Positions 50,650 to 63,216 of a DNA stretch of 64,000 nucleotides are shown here, piece by piece. The translations under genes and the position numbers were made by a program. Below the pieces are notes generated by a model. That model made no database searches. It saw nothing but the letters and a program-made list of their open reading frames with translations, and was not told the origin of the DNA. Every line of letters begins with the position of its first letter. The stretch's first letter is position 1. The DNA is taken from contig NIVC01000318.1 in assembly GCA_002269645.1 (NCBI GenBank), positions 34,920 through 98,919 of the forward strand, in the 5' to 3' direction. The DNA is from Macrostomum lignano. Taxonomy: Eukaryota.

Positions 50650-53600
50650 CCCCCCAAGCAAAGTCAGTCAGAGCCCGGGAGCGAACGAAGTCCGAACGCG
50701 TCGCACAGCAGGCATTCCACGTATCGACGGGTTTGGGCCTGACCCCGCCTGAACGGGTGAGCAGCAGGACGTCCTGAACAGGTTGGGGCAGTATAGCCCT
50801 CGGCCCGGATCACGTGGCCCGCCAGTTGAAGTCGTCGACGCCTAGGATGGTAGCAAGGACTACTAGACTAGAACGAAGTGTTCCTAGTGGTCCTTGGATG
50901 GTGGACGGGCGCTGCAGCTTGGCCCGATCGTACAGGGCCTCGGTCCGACGCTCTCAGCTCGAAAGGCCGTACGGAGCAGCCCTGAGTGCGCCGAGTCCAG
51001 CTGCTGCTCCAGCGTAGCCGTCAGCATCCACGTCTCGGCGTTGTAGAGCAGGACGGTTTCGACGACCGCCTGCCACAGCCGAGCCCTCTGGCGGTCGGGC
51101 AGCGCTTCGGATTGGACGACGGAACAGATCGAATGGAAGGCGCCCAGGCAAGTCCTTTGCGCCGCCGGAGGTCTTCCTCCACGTGAGCCACCAGACCGCA
51201 GAGGTAGGTGAACCGTTGGCAGGGTGCGAGCCTGGTCGTCTGCCCGTCTGCGCCGCGGCATGTCAGGTCCGCTGGGATGTCGGCCGGCACAGTCAGCACC
51301 TCGGTCTTCAGAGTGTTGACAATCAGACCGACGCTCGAAGCCACCTCGACCAGCCTGTCGATCTGGCGCTGGGCGCCTTCAACGGACGAGGACAGGAGGG
51401 CGAGGTCGTCGGCGTAGCCAAGCACGCTGAGGCGCTTTTCGCCGTGGCGACGACCGATGCGAAGCAGGAAGCCGTCGTCTGCCGAGGGGAGTGCTGTCCG
51501 AAGCACCCAGTCCAGCAGCAGTACGAAGAGGAACGGCGCCAGCGTGTCGCCCTGCAGAACTCCTGATGAAGTGTCAAACAGGAGAGACAGGCCGTCCGCC
51601 GTCACCACAGCAGCTCGAGTGTCGCAATACAGTGCCATGACAGCGTTGACTAGCTGCTGGGGTACCCGGTAGGCTCGTAGGACAAAGGGAAGCGCGGCTC
51701 TTAACACCGAGTCAAACGCCTTTTGAAAGTTAACGAAGACAATAATCAGCGTAGACTGGCGGATGCGCGCATCCTCGATGACCCGGCGGAGTGCGAGGAT
51801 CTGTGTCACTGTACTGCGTTGCGGCCGGAATCCGTTCTACTAGTACCGCAGGTACGGGTCCAGCACCGACTGCAGACGATCGAGGAGCAGCCGGTTGAAA
51901 AGCTTCGCGGTGCAGGACCAGCCAGATCCCACGGTGGTCTTCTTTCCGCGTTGTCCCTGCCTACTTAGGGATCGACACGATGTGCGCGACGGTCCACTCG
52001 GTGGGCGCCGGGGCGCCGGAAAGCACGCGGTTCATTATGCCTGTGACCTGGGAGGCCACACAGCGGAGCCGCAGCGCCTCGACCGGGACTTTGTTGGGAC
52101 CGAGCGCCTTGCCACCTGATGTTTTCCGAGCGAACAGCACAACGTCCTTCGTGGTGACTGGTCTGGTGCAGAAGTCCTCCTCAGCTGGGAGCGGCGTGTC
52201 CAGTGGGAGCGCAAAGCTGGCGGGCAGCGCCGACGCGGGCGCGTTCACTATGCCGGCAAAGAAGTCGCGCAATTCGTTCCTGCGCTCCTCCGGGGTGTCA
52301 CCGGCCAGATTCAGCGCCACGCGCTTTTTGCGCCCCGTCAGAGTCCGGACGGCCGTCCACACTGCGCGGATCTTCACGTCTGGGCCGGCTGCAGTGATGG
52401 ACCTAACGGCGTCGTCGACAGCGGCCTGCTGCTGCTCGTCTAGAAGGCGCTCAAATGCGTCTTCAGCGTCGCCCGTGGGTTGCCAGTTTCTGCGGAGTCG
52501 CTCGATGTTGAGGGGCGCTTACCTGATGGTCGGGTCGCTCTGCCAGACAGGCAGCGATTTTTGTGCTGACCGCATCAGCGGGACCGTCTGCTCCGCAGCA
52601 GCTCTAACGGCGGTGCTGATATCGGAATACTCCGCCTCTCGCTGGTCTCCAAGCGCGCCGACGAAGGCGCCCGCGAATTGTCGCTTGACGCATGTGTCCA
52701 ACAGAGCGCGATAGTAGCGCCGTGGCCGCTGCTTTGGCAGTCGGTAGAGCTGGTCGCGGAGCCGCCAGTCGCAGAGCAGAAAGTCGATGGTCTGACCGGA
52801 GAGCCAGCGGAGCCATGGTGTCGCAGTTGGTGACGCGGCGGCGCTCGCGAGTGCGAACCAGCGCATGATCGAGTTGCGTTAGTCTCTTCGTGGCGTTCCG
52901 CCCACGTGCGTTCTATCGCCTTCTCTTGCAGCCCGCAAAGGTGACCAGGCGGGCAGAGGGCTTGCGGAACTGGGTGTTTGCGGACACCAGGTCCAGCCGG
53001 TCAAGCAGGTCCTCCTGTGCATCGGTGTTGGCGTTCTCGCGTCCCGCGACATAGAGCGAGCGGTCGGACCTCCGCGGAACTGCGTTCAGGTCTCCGAGCA
53101 CCGTCAGCGTGTCGCGGTTTGGCACCTCTTTCAGCTGCCCAGCCAGGGAGTCGAAGAAGGCTTGAGCCTCTTTGGTGTGAGCAGTGGTGGGTGCATACGC
53201 GCAGAACAGTCGGATGCAGCGGATGCGCAGTCGCAGGTCGACCTGTATCAGTCGCGGGGACAGCGAGATGCAGTGCACGCTCTGCTGGAGGCGCGGTCCG
53301 ATCAGTACACCGACACCGCCCCGACCGCAATTGTCTGCCGACGTGTACAGGAGGCTCCAGCCGGCTCCGAGGTCCTCAGAGTGGAGCCCTGGCTCAGCCA
53401 CGATAGAAACCTCCCGCAGCGAGACGAGGTCCAGCTGTAGGTCGTGGGCCAGCTGGACAAGGATGGTGCGACGCCAGGGGGCCTTCAGAGTTCGGCAGTT
53501 CACCGTGCCGAGTCTGAGGCGGCCACCTGGTACAGCTAGGGCCAGATAAAGGTTGGCCTCGTGGTCCCCGGCGCCACCCGGCGGATCCATAGTTGAAGTT

Positions 53601-53760
53601 GCAGGGACTGGGGGCGACAGGCGCCTGGCCGCGCCACGGAGTCGCCCTCGCCGGTTGCGCTCGCGCCACCGCTCAGTGCGACGTTGCACGCCGCGCCGAC
53701 CTCAGCGTGTCCCTGCTGTGCTGAACTTTGCTGCCGCAGCCGTGGCGCGGCCTTCCGAGT
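50650..53760 (-). mobile_element. RTE-type non-LTR retrotransposon (APE endonuclease plus RT), inactivated
   Basis: Endonuclease GTVNCRTL, GGVGVL, AYAPT, LGDLNA (52913-53689). RT FVNFQKAFDSV, GVLQGDTLAPFLF, YADD (51021-51809). C-terminal VETVLLYNAETW. Several frameshifts and stops; boundaries approximate. Confidence 0.9.
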
Positions 53761-54129
53761 CAACCGAGGTCATCCGCGGCCTGATGAAGAGCACCGATAT
53801 GATTAGTGAAATGATGGAAGTCATGATTTGATCAATGTTGGTGAAAAAAATTTCGGAAAAGTCCGACTTTTCGATTGCTGATGAATCTCGAGATGTTAGC
53901 TGCAAATTAAGGAGTAGATACGAGACATGTAGCTCGTAGATTGTCAGTGTCCTTAGGTTGGGTTGTCAAAATTAAACTAAAGACAAAGTATTACTCTATT
54001 GTATGTATGAATTATGCAGAATAGATGATAAATCCGTCACTTCGTCACTGAAAAATGTCCTACTAAGCTGCAACCTAACTGTTGCTGCATGATTTAAGAA
54101 GACAAGCTTACATGTAAGATGGCGTAGCA

Positions 54130-55350
54130 AGCATGAGCGGAAGGGTACGTGACAGGCACTGCCACTCGCATCAGGAAAGAACAACCGCTGGCATTGAAAA
54201 TTCACTGTGCAAATCATTATGCGTGCAGCTGACCCTACAGAAGTGCGCAAAGGAGAATCGATTATCATCAGTGCAGCTTTTAGTACAATTCAAGAGATAT
54301 AGCCATGCATGTTTCTTAGCTTCCCCGAAGCAATTTGGACACGCAGTTTCGCGTCATCTGTGATGCAATAATAGATGATTATGCCGATTTTAGCATTTGT
54401 GTACTTTGTCCAACTCGATGGACTGTTTGAAGCAAAGCACGTAGCACCTCTGCTATGCAGCTACCAAGCAGTGTTCCTGTTCGAGTGGCTATACGAAATC
54501 GCTTCTGACTCTGAAACCCCCCGGGGAGGTTCGATGTACGGCATTAGACCTGAAAAATTCGCTTTTGAGATTCTCCAATTTACTTTGGAATGTGCACATG
54601 CACAGCTAGAAGAGATCTTCTCATTTTCCGAGCATCTAGCTGTAACCTTGCAGAGCTCTGCAGAGAGTACAGAAAGTTTGTCACTGGTGAGCAGTGCTGG
54701 AAGGACGCATTGTTGCGAGAGCGACTGATGTTCTTGGAGCGATATCAAGCTGCAGTTGAGGGGGCGGCTGCATTCAGCATCGAGCCAAAATTGTTGCGCG
54801 ATCGCAGCTAGGGCTCCCATTCGGCTGCAGCAAGAAAGCAGCCATGGATTCAACTCATCTGGCGACTGTGGAGGAGGACCATCGACAGCAGTACTATACA
54901 TATATAGTGATTGATGCCCTCAATCAGGAACTGCACGGCAGATTTGATCAGGGAACCTATAACACACTAAGCGACATAGAGAGGCTACTGATAGGAGCTG
55001 CCAATGGAACACCGCCGAATTCTATTCGTCCAGCGACGCTGCTGATGGCTTTAATACAGTTGACCTGGATGCTTGACAACCTGCTAGCGCAATGGTGCAT
55101 GCTGCACAAAATTTTGAAATAAAGTCTGCCAGGAGTCAAGGTAGCGGGTCTCTGCATGACAAAATTGCAAAAGAGCAGCAGAATCAGACAGCTACAACAG
55201 AGAGATCCTTCTCAGCCCAAAGGCGAGTGAAGACTTACATGTAATTACCTGCGGAGTATGAATGCGAAAACGTACAACAGTTTCATTCTTCTGCAAATGC
55301 ACAAGAATCGTATTGACGAATTGGAAATGCAAGCGGTTTTACGCGAGTTT
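54130..55350 (+). pseudogene. hAT-family transposase remnant
   Basis: IHCANH (CxxH), IDALNQELHGRF, TTERSFSAQRRVKTY and LLQMHK..ID fragments in shifting frames match the hAT catalytic and dimerisation regions. Confidence 0.8.
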
Positions 55351-55489
55351 GTTAACCTATGCAGTCAACTTCTTGCTTTTTTCGGAAAAATATGAGTGAT
55401 GAAATGAATCTTTCTGAGGACTCTTTTGCGCATAAGATCATGTGATAGACACAATCAATGAAATAGTAACTTAACTTACTAGCAGTTAT

Positions 55490-56390
55490 ATCATAAACCC
55501 GAAATATCATAACACCGAAAACCAAAATAGTATTGGACATTGCTGGAACCCGAAATATCATAAACCCGAAATATCATTACTCCGAAAACCAAAATAGTAT
55601 TGGACATTGCCAGAACTTTCGAAGTTATGATATTTCGGGTTTATGACATTTCGGGTTTGTGATATTTCGGGTTTGTGATATTTCGGGTTTATAATATTTC
55701 GGGTTTATGATATTTCGGGTTTGTGATATTTCGGGTTTGTGATATTTCGGGTTTGTGATATTTCGGGTTTATAATATTTCGGGTTTGTGATATTTCGGGT
55801 TTGTGATATTTCGGGTTTATGATATTTCGGGTTTGTGATATTTCGGGTTTATGATGTTTGTTGCTAACACTTTCGGAGTTATGATATTTCGGGTTTGTGA
55901 TATTTCGGGTTTGTGATATTTCGGGTTTGTGATATTTCGGGTTTATGATATTTCGGGTTTGTGATATTTCGGGTTTATGATATTTCGGGTTTATGATATT
56001 TCGGGTTTGTGATATTTCGGGTTTGTGATATTTCGGGTTTATGATATTTCGGGTGTGTGATATTTCGAGTTTGTGATATTTCGGGTTTATGATATTTCGG
56101 GTTTGTGATATTTCGGGTTTATGATATTTCGGGTTTATGATATTTCGGGTTTGTGATATTTCGGGTTTGTGATATTTCGGGTTTATGATATTTCGGGTTT
56201 GTGATATTTCGGGTTTGTGATATTTCGGGTTTGTGATATTTCGGGTTTATTATGTGTGTTTCTAACACTTTCGGAGTTATGATATTTCGGGTTTGTGATA
56301 TTTCGGGTTTATGATATTTCTGGTTTATGATATTTCGGGTTTATGATGGAAGGCGCTTTTCGGAGTTGTGATTTTTCGGGTTTGTGATGC
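55490..56390. repeat. 16-bp minisatellite (GATATTTCGGGTTTGT)n with a short inverted block at 55490-55585
   Basis: Direct reading. Confidence 0.93.
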
Positions 56391-56934
56391 CTTCCTGCCT
56401 TCTGTCTTGTATTTATACCAGACAGACTGCCACCTGACAGGCTGCCATCAGTGCGGCTCAGGCTGACGACCCGGTGCATGCTGGCGACTGCATAACGGCA
56501 GCTCATCGGTCAGCAGTTTCGCCGAGGCAAGGTTGCAGAGGATGCAGAGTATCCGAGGATTCATTCCAAAATCCTAGCTACGGTACTGGTGGGAGTCTCA
56601 CTGAAAACTCATAAAATTAAGGGCAGATACAGATTTTTTAAATGATGTACATGTGTAATAGGTGTAAAATTATGCAAATTTGACGGCTTGTTTAAATCCT
56701 ACACGGTGCCACCAATTGTAATCGGTCCTAAATTATATCACAACTTGTCCCGAATTATTAATCCTATCGCTGAACACCAAATGTAACGGGCGTTGAATTT
56801 ATTAAACTTGACGTGTTACTGGCAAGATGATTTATTAACTCCAGTTCGTGTCTTATTACTAACGAGTAGCATCTCACCGACTAACGATTTGGTCCTAATT
56901 AAGCGGAATTGGGCTAAACGTCTCGCCCGTCCTA

Positions 56935-57275
56935 GAATTCCCCTGGGCTATTTGTCTCTCTAGGATTCTAGATTTCCACTGGGCTATCTGTCTCTCTAGG
57001 AATCTAGATTTCCACTGGGCTATCTGTCTCTCTAGGAATCTAGATTTCCATTGGGCTATCTGTCTCTCAGCTAGGAATCTAGATTTCCATTGGGCTATCT
57101 GTCTCTCTAGGAATCTAGATTTCCACTGGGCTATCTGTCTCTAGGATTCTAGATTTCCACTGGGCTATCTGTCTCTCTAGGATTCTAGATTTCCACTGGG
57201 CTATCTGTCTCTCTAGGATTCTAGATTTCCACTGGGCTATCTGTCTCTCTAAGATTCTAGATTTCCACTGGGCTA
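56935..57275. repeat. 36-bp minisatellite (GATTCTAGATTTCCACTGGGCTATCTGTCTCTCTAG)n
   Basis: Period of 36. Confidence 0.92.
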
Positions 57276-58439
57276 GCTGGCAGACTATGAATCACCTGGA
57301 CTTTTAACCAGTAATGACTAAGCGTCTGGCTCGGATTAACTGGGGCTAAATGTTCGCGAACTCTTAGCTCGCGAAATCTATTTCCGCTGACAGATATCAC
57401 AAATAACTTTGACTAGCCGTAGCTGCGATGCTTGGGCCTAAGGCAAAACTGCTTATTCTGCACCAGCCGAAGAGAGCGGTACCCTGAGATGGTCTGATAG
57501 AGTGCGACCGATAATTTCTTGATGAGTCGCGTTCCCTCTCGAATCGATAATTAATCCCAATGCTATAATATAAATCACGAAAGGTAGTTTGCTGCCACCA
57601 ATCGAAGCTATAGTTAAAATTGACTGAGACAAGACTGAGATTTGTCGTATTTGATACGCTTTCCTACGGCCAGCAATTCGGTTCACGATCATTTCAATGG
57701 GCAATATACGTGTGGGTGATCGTAAACCGAAGCCGAAGGTGAAATATAAGCACGATAGTCTGATCATCTTTTGAAATAAACAAATTCAGTTCGCCAACTT
57801 TTGATTTCGTTTCATTGGAAAATCACCGTCGGGTTTTAAGTTTTCTTACAACTGTTTTTAGTGGTGATCGTCACTGTTTGAGGTGATCGTCAATGTTCAG
57901 GTGATCGTTAACCGAAGGAATGCCGCTTTGGCCATGGGCCGTATGAATAAATTAAATGTAAAATAAGCTTCTTAAGGTCGAACAATTTAAACAATATTCG
58001 TTGTGATGACAGACGGATGAATGAATGCGTCCTTGCTTGGTGGGTGCAATGCGCCTTAATTTAATTCAAAGTATTTATTTGTATAATCTACTATTTGCAA
58101 TAAAAGTACGTTATTAGATTTATCATTTAAACTGGATGGACTTGAATTCTGGAACGACTAGGCTACTCTACGACTACTAGGCGCCTAGACAACGCGCCCT
58201 ACTATAACACTTCAAACACAAGCGCATTCGCGTTTCAAATACGATAGGAATTAACATACAGTAAAACAATAGTAATAAAGTACGTACAGTAAGTATCGCG
58301 GAAAAGGAAATCCACTACTGAATAAACACTGACTAAAATAATTAATAAATAATTTCCAGGACGCAGGATACATTATAAAAAGTACATTCAAATGATACAT
58401 CAAAATATGTCATTAAAGATTTATTTTACTTTACATAAA

Positions 58440-58856
58440 GAGCAAATGCTCACGTGCTCTTGGGTCTCCCTAAAACACGCACCGCACCGCCCCGACCGCT
58501 ACACATTATAACATTTTTGTCAATGCAGTATTTCGATTGCAAAGAAAACTATTGGTTGTAAGAGTAACATAATAATTAACTTTAATTATTACCTTAAATA
58601 TTATTATTATTTTTCATATTCTCGTTTGCATTATTAAATTAAATTATTATTATTTCATTAATATTATTATTAATATCACTTATTATACACGGAATTTGAT
58701 ATTTTAAAGTAAAAAAACTAAGTTGAATAAAAGCTTGAAGCTTAACATAAAACGCATTTTGAAATGTCTTCAGTTATAGTCCAATTTGTTTTAACGTGTA
58801 GCGCTGTGGGGCGGGGCGGTGCGTGTTTTAGGGAGACCCCGAGCTCTTGCTTGCTC
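58440..58856. mobile_element. MITE-like element with ~70-bp imperfect TIRs and AT-rich core
   Basis: GAGCAA...GGGTCTCCCTAAAACACGCACCGC...GCTACAC on the left mirrors GTGTAGC...GCGGTGCGTGTTTTAGGGAGACCC...TTGCTC on the right; TSD not identified. Confidence 0.7.
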
Positions 58857-59169
58857 ACTTAATTATTCATCCAGACCGGAGTCGATGCTTGAGTTTAAGC
58901 AACGGCTTACTTTATTCATACGGCCATATGTCTTTTCAGCGAGGGTAAGTTTTCGATGTGAACTTGAATTAAATCTAATTTAGTTTTTTAGCACAAAGAA
59001 ATAAGAATAAGAATAATGATAGCTACTACATACACTGCAGTTATGTCTATTATAACCTTAGTGGCATAGCCATAGGTATAGAGGTGACAGACCAAGGTGG
59101 CCACAGACCAATGTGGCCACAAGGCAAACCTATTTCTTATTGCTTTGAAGGGAAGACTAAGAGTAGGAT

Positions 59170-59815
59170 AATTGGCTACAGGTCAAAAGGGCGACAGATC
59201 AAAAGGGCAACAGTTAAAAAGGCGACAGTCAAAAGGGCAACAGTCAAAAGGGCGACAGTTATAGTGTATTTATATTGAAAATACAAGTTCCACGTACATT
59301 AAAAGTATTTGTTAAAAGCAGTAAACATGTATCATACTTGTATTTGTTAAAATGCATTGTTAAAATTGTACGAGCAGTTAAAATGGGGTTGTATAAAAGC
59401 TGGACACGTATTGGACACTCACACACTATTAAATGTTAAAATGTGGTTCAGTGAGGTCCATTTATTTCACTAACCGCCTTCAGTAGATCATCCACCGAGT
59501 GGTTGCCACGCCTGAATTCTCTCTAGTATTTGAAGTACTGGGCCTGCATACTTCGGTATCTGTTGCGCTGTACGCGGCGCATTACTCCTTGGGAGAGGAG
59601 CTGCACCTCTATGGCCGTACGGGGATCATTCGCGCTTCATTGAAATTGTCAGCACAAAAATTGTTATTGCTAAGATTATAAGATTTTCTAAGAAACGAGG
59701 TTTCCCATCCTTCCACTTAAGTAGTTCTTGGTCTAATACCCTGTTGCCTTTTTGACTGTCGCCCTTTTAACTGTCACCCTTTTCATCTGTCGCCCTTTTG
59801 ATCAGTTGCCGGATA
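59170..59815. mobile_element. MITE-like element with iterated 15-bp subterminal repeats (CAAAAGGGCGACAGT) in inverted orientation at both ends
   Basis: About five forward units at 59180-59260 and four reverse units at 59740-59805. Confidence 0.65.
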
Positions 59816-60665
59816 ATTTATAGAAATGGAAGCTCTCTCTATCTTATCAATTCCTCTTAGGGGCCTATCTTAACCAGTTTTAACCTCTTTTGAGTATGAG
59901 TCTGCATCTTATTTGCCAAACTAGGCCTATAGTAAGTTAGTAAAGTAATAGAAAGTTAACCTATAATTAGGCCTATAACTTGTAGTTTAGTCTTGTAGAT
60001 AGGATATTAAAATTGTCACTAGAACTAATAGTTATAGGCCTACTTTCATTTGTTATAGCTGTAAGTTAGTATCATACATGCCCAACCTCAAAATTTCACC
60101 TATCCAGTGCAACTTAGTTTTGTCCAGATTTGCAATTTAGTTTGTCCTAATTGTGACCTAGTTCTTCTTAATTGTGACTTAGGGCTTAGTTCCCCCGATT
60201 GCAACTTAATTTTCACTTTGTATGACTTTTCTTGTCTTTTTCTCTTTTCTTCTCTTTCTCTTTCACTCTCCTCTTTCCTTATCTCTTTTCTCTCTTCTTT
60301 CTTTTCTTTTTCTCTTCTTCTCCTTTCTTTTTTTCCAATTTTTTTTTGCATTTTCAATTTTGCGACTTACCTTGGCCGGCGGCTATTTCATTTGTCCAGT
60401 TTGGACAGGTCAGACAGGTATTGGGCATGTATGGTTAGTATATAATTATATTTGGTCATTAAATAGGCCTATGTCTCCCCGAGAGGCTATAATTTTTAAA
60501 TTAGTTGCATTTTGCATTTTTTATTTTGTTTTGAAAAATATCTAAAAACTCTTTTTTTTATATATTACTTATAGGCTTTTGAAATGGTTTTTAGTAATAA
60601 GTAAATGACAATAAAACAAAGAGCTTGACAAATGTTTTAAATGTCATAGGCGTATTTCCCCCTGT

Positions 60666-61312
60666 CTATAATTGTCTATGCTTCTGGACTTGAGCTACTA
60701 AATCAATTTCAACAAAGTCATATAGATATATCACCTGATTTAATCTGACTTGAAGCTGTGTTATTTTTACTACATTTGCTCCAGTCTCATTAGACACATA
60801 CTTGTGATCATTAACTATATATAATGGGTTGTTTACATCATATTTGAAAGCTACAAAGATTGCAAGTGGCATATTGGAAATGTTGGCTATGTTCCATGTA
60901 TATGGGCTTCCTTGGATGAGTTGTGGCGCAACCATTATCCTCTCTAGAAATGATACAGTAATGTCCTTATTGAGTGATTTTAGAAAAGCTGTTTCAGCAC
61001 TGGGTAACAAAGTAATAGCAAAAAGATCTAAATCTCAAAGCTATTAATAGTTAACTTAGCTTCCATTTCGGCAGCTCCAAAGAAACTTTCAGCATTGCTA
61101 GTCTTTCTTGTCCATGTAAATTTGTATTTAATTCCTTTGCTAATCTTCTGCCAATTAAGGAACCCAATGAGGGTGTTAATGATAGTTTGATTGTCCACCT
61201 CTGTTTGGAGCATTAGTGACATTGTTGTAAGTTTAAGCTTCCTAATGTATCCAGTATTTGAATCCTTCTTATTATTAAGTCTATTTTTCATAGCAATTGC
61301 TACAGTTCTCAC
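60666..61312 (-). pseudogene. Decayed double-jelly-roll major capsid gene of a Polinton-like element
   Basis: Two ORFs in different frames: LIGF..WQKISKGIKYKFTWTR...KLTI and FLER...YTWNIANISNMPLAIFVAFK...ITQLQVRLNQ..Y. They resemble the DJR capsid pattern; recognised by eye only. Confidence 0.55.
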
Positions 61313-63216
61313 AGCTTTAGCATCTGCATTGTTTGCTAACTTACAGATCCATAGCAGCCACTCCAGTTACCAATTTTTTTTCAATTGACTGTGCCATCTC
61401 TAGAAATAGTTAAATAACATAAATAGTTGCCAGTTATGTATATGCCATCACTTTTTGATGACCTTGTAGGCTGGCCTTCAATGCTGTAAGGATTTAAAAT
61501 TCTGAAATGCAAAAATACCAGTTGCTGGAATGGTTGCTATGATTGTGTGACATGACAGTGAATAGGTGTGTGCCAATCCCAAATTCATAAACTAGGGACC
61601 AGAAAAGTACTTTTGGGCAATAAAATTTGGGTAATCAACATATAGTGTTTCTTTCATTCAAAGTAAAAGATGCAAAAAGTGAATATTTTGCAAGAAAAGT
61701 GGCTGCTGATCCAAAATCAGAGTGGCACAGTTGTGCCAGCTTGAAATCTTTATTCTAGATGAAGGAAACCAAGTGTGCCATAAACCACATTGCATTTCTC
61801 TGCAATATTTTAGCAAGGATGACTTAAGTAAAAGGATGGGAAACCTTGTTTCTTAGAAAAGTTTTGAAGGCACTTTTTCCCAAAAAAATACACTACAGAG
61901 ATAAGAAGTTTTCATTTTTCAGCACAAAAATTGTTATTGCATTTGATAGGAGGCAGATCCAGTGTTTATCTTTTGATATGTTGTGCCTTTTTTATTGCTT
62001 TATTGATATTTATAAAGCTTTTTGTTCAGAAAATTAGGATTCTATGTTAATTTTTTATTCATTGTAAAAGAATTTTTATCCAACACACCGGTCAAATTAA
62101 TACACTTTTGCGGTCATTATTCCACACTTTAGAGTGGCCATTATTTCACATTTTTAAAATTTGATTTGATTGGATGAGAGATGGGGTGGGTGATCTAATT
62201 GGCAAAGGGTATGGTGTAAATTGATTACGCATGCTGGGGGTCAAATAGATAAGATCATATTGATAAGGCAACTTATTCTCCTTTCTCTTCTCTTCTCTCT
62301 TCTCTTCTTCCCTCCTCCTCTCTCTCCTCCCCTCCCTTTCCTCTTCTCTTCTTATCTCTTGGCTATTATCTCTCAGAATTTTACTGTGTTTTCTTGCAAC
62401 CTTTTTGTCTAATTTTAATGTTATTGATTTTTTGCTTGTTTGGAAGAACTGTATGTTGCGTAATAAAATTGCTGATTATTAAATTAGCTAAAAATAAATG
62501 CCTGGCGAGTTGCAAATGACACAACCTTTACTAGATTGAAAAAGTGTGTAATAATGACCATTTTGGTTTGTCATTGTGTCTGGGTAAAAGTTCTTTACAA
62601 TGACTACAGAAACATAACATTGAAGTTCGAGAACAAGTATAAGGTACGAAACCCGTAATATCGTGGCGCGTGTAGTATGAGTATGTATATGTAAGCAAAA
62701 ATAAGTTTTAAAAAGCTGCCTGAAAATGAAAGTACGGAAAAGTGTTTTCTAGTCAATTTATAGCAACAATGTCTAGTCAATTTATTGGCATTGAATAAAG
62801 ATAATAATATTATGGCTGCTCGCAATGTGAAATGGTGTAGATGTACAGGTTTACTCTGTTTCCAAGTGCCGGCTGGCGCCCACGTTCGATTGCAGCAGCC
62901 ATAACTCCCCTATTTCTTGCTAGGTTGTTGTATCAAATTGTGCCTATGGCGCACCAGATTCTAGACAGATAGTGGGCCCCATTCCTGTAGGTTGTAGCTC
63001 GAAGCACATACCTTTAAAAGTACATTTTGCAGATTACATACTGTCTGATGATATGTTGAAGTATGATGGCTATCACAAATTTTATCTTACCGGATGTTAC
63101 TATTCGGAAACAGGCGTACTACTTGAGAAAGGACTGCTTGGCCAATGCCCAAAAAATTGGCGTCCGTGGAGGAGATTACCAGAACCGGAGGAGGGTTCAT
63201 CTCAAACATAGGTTCA

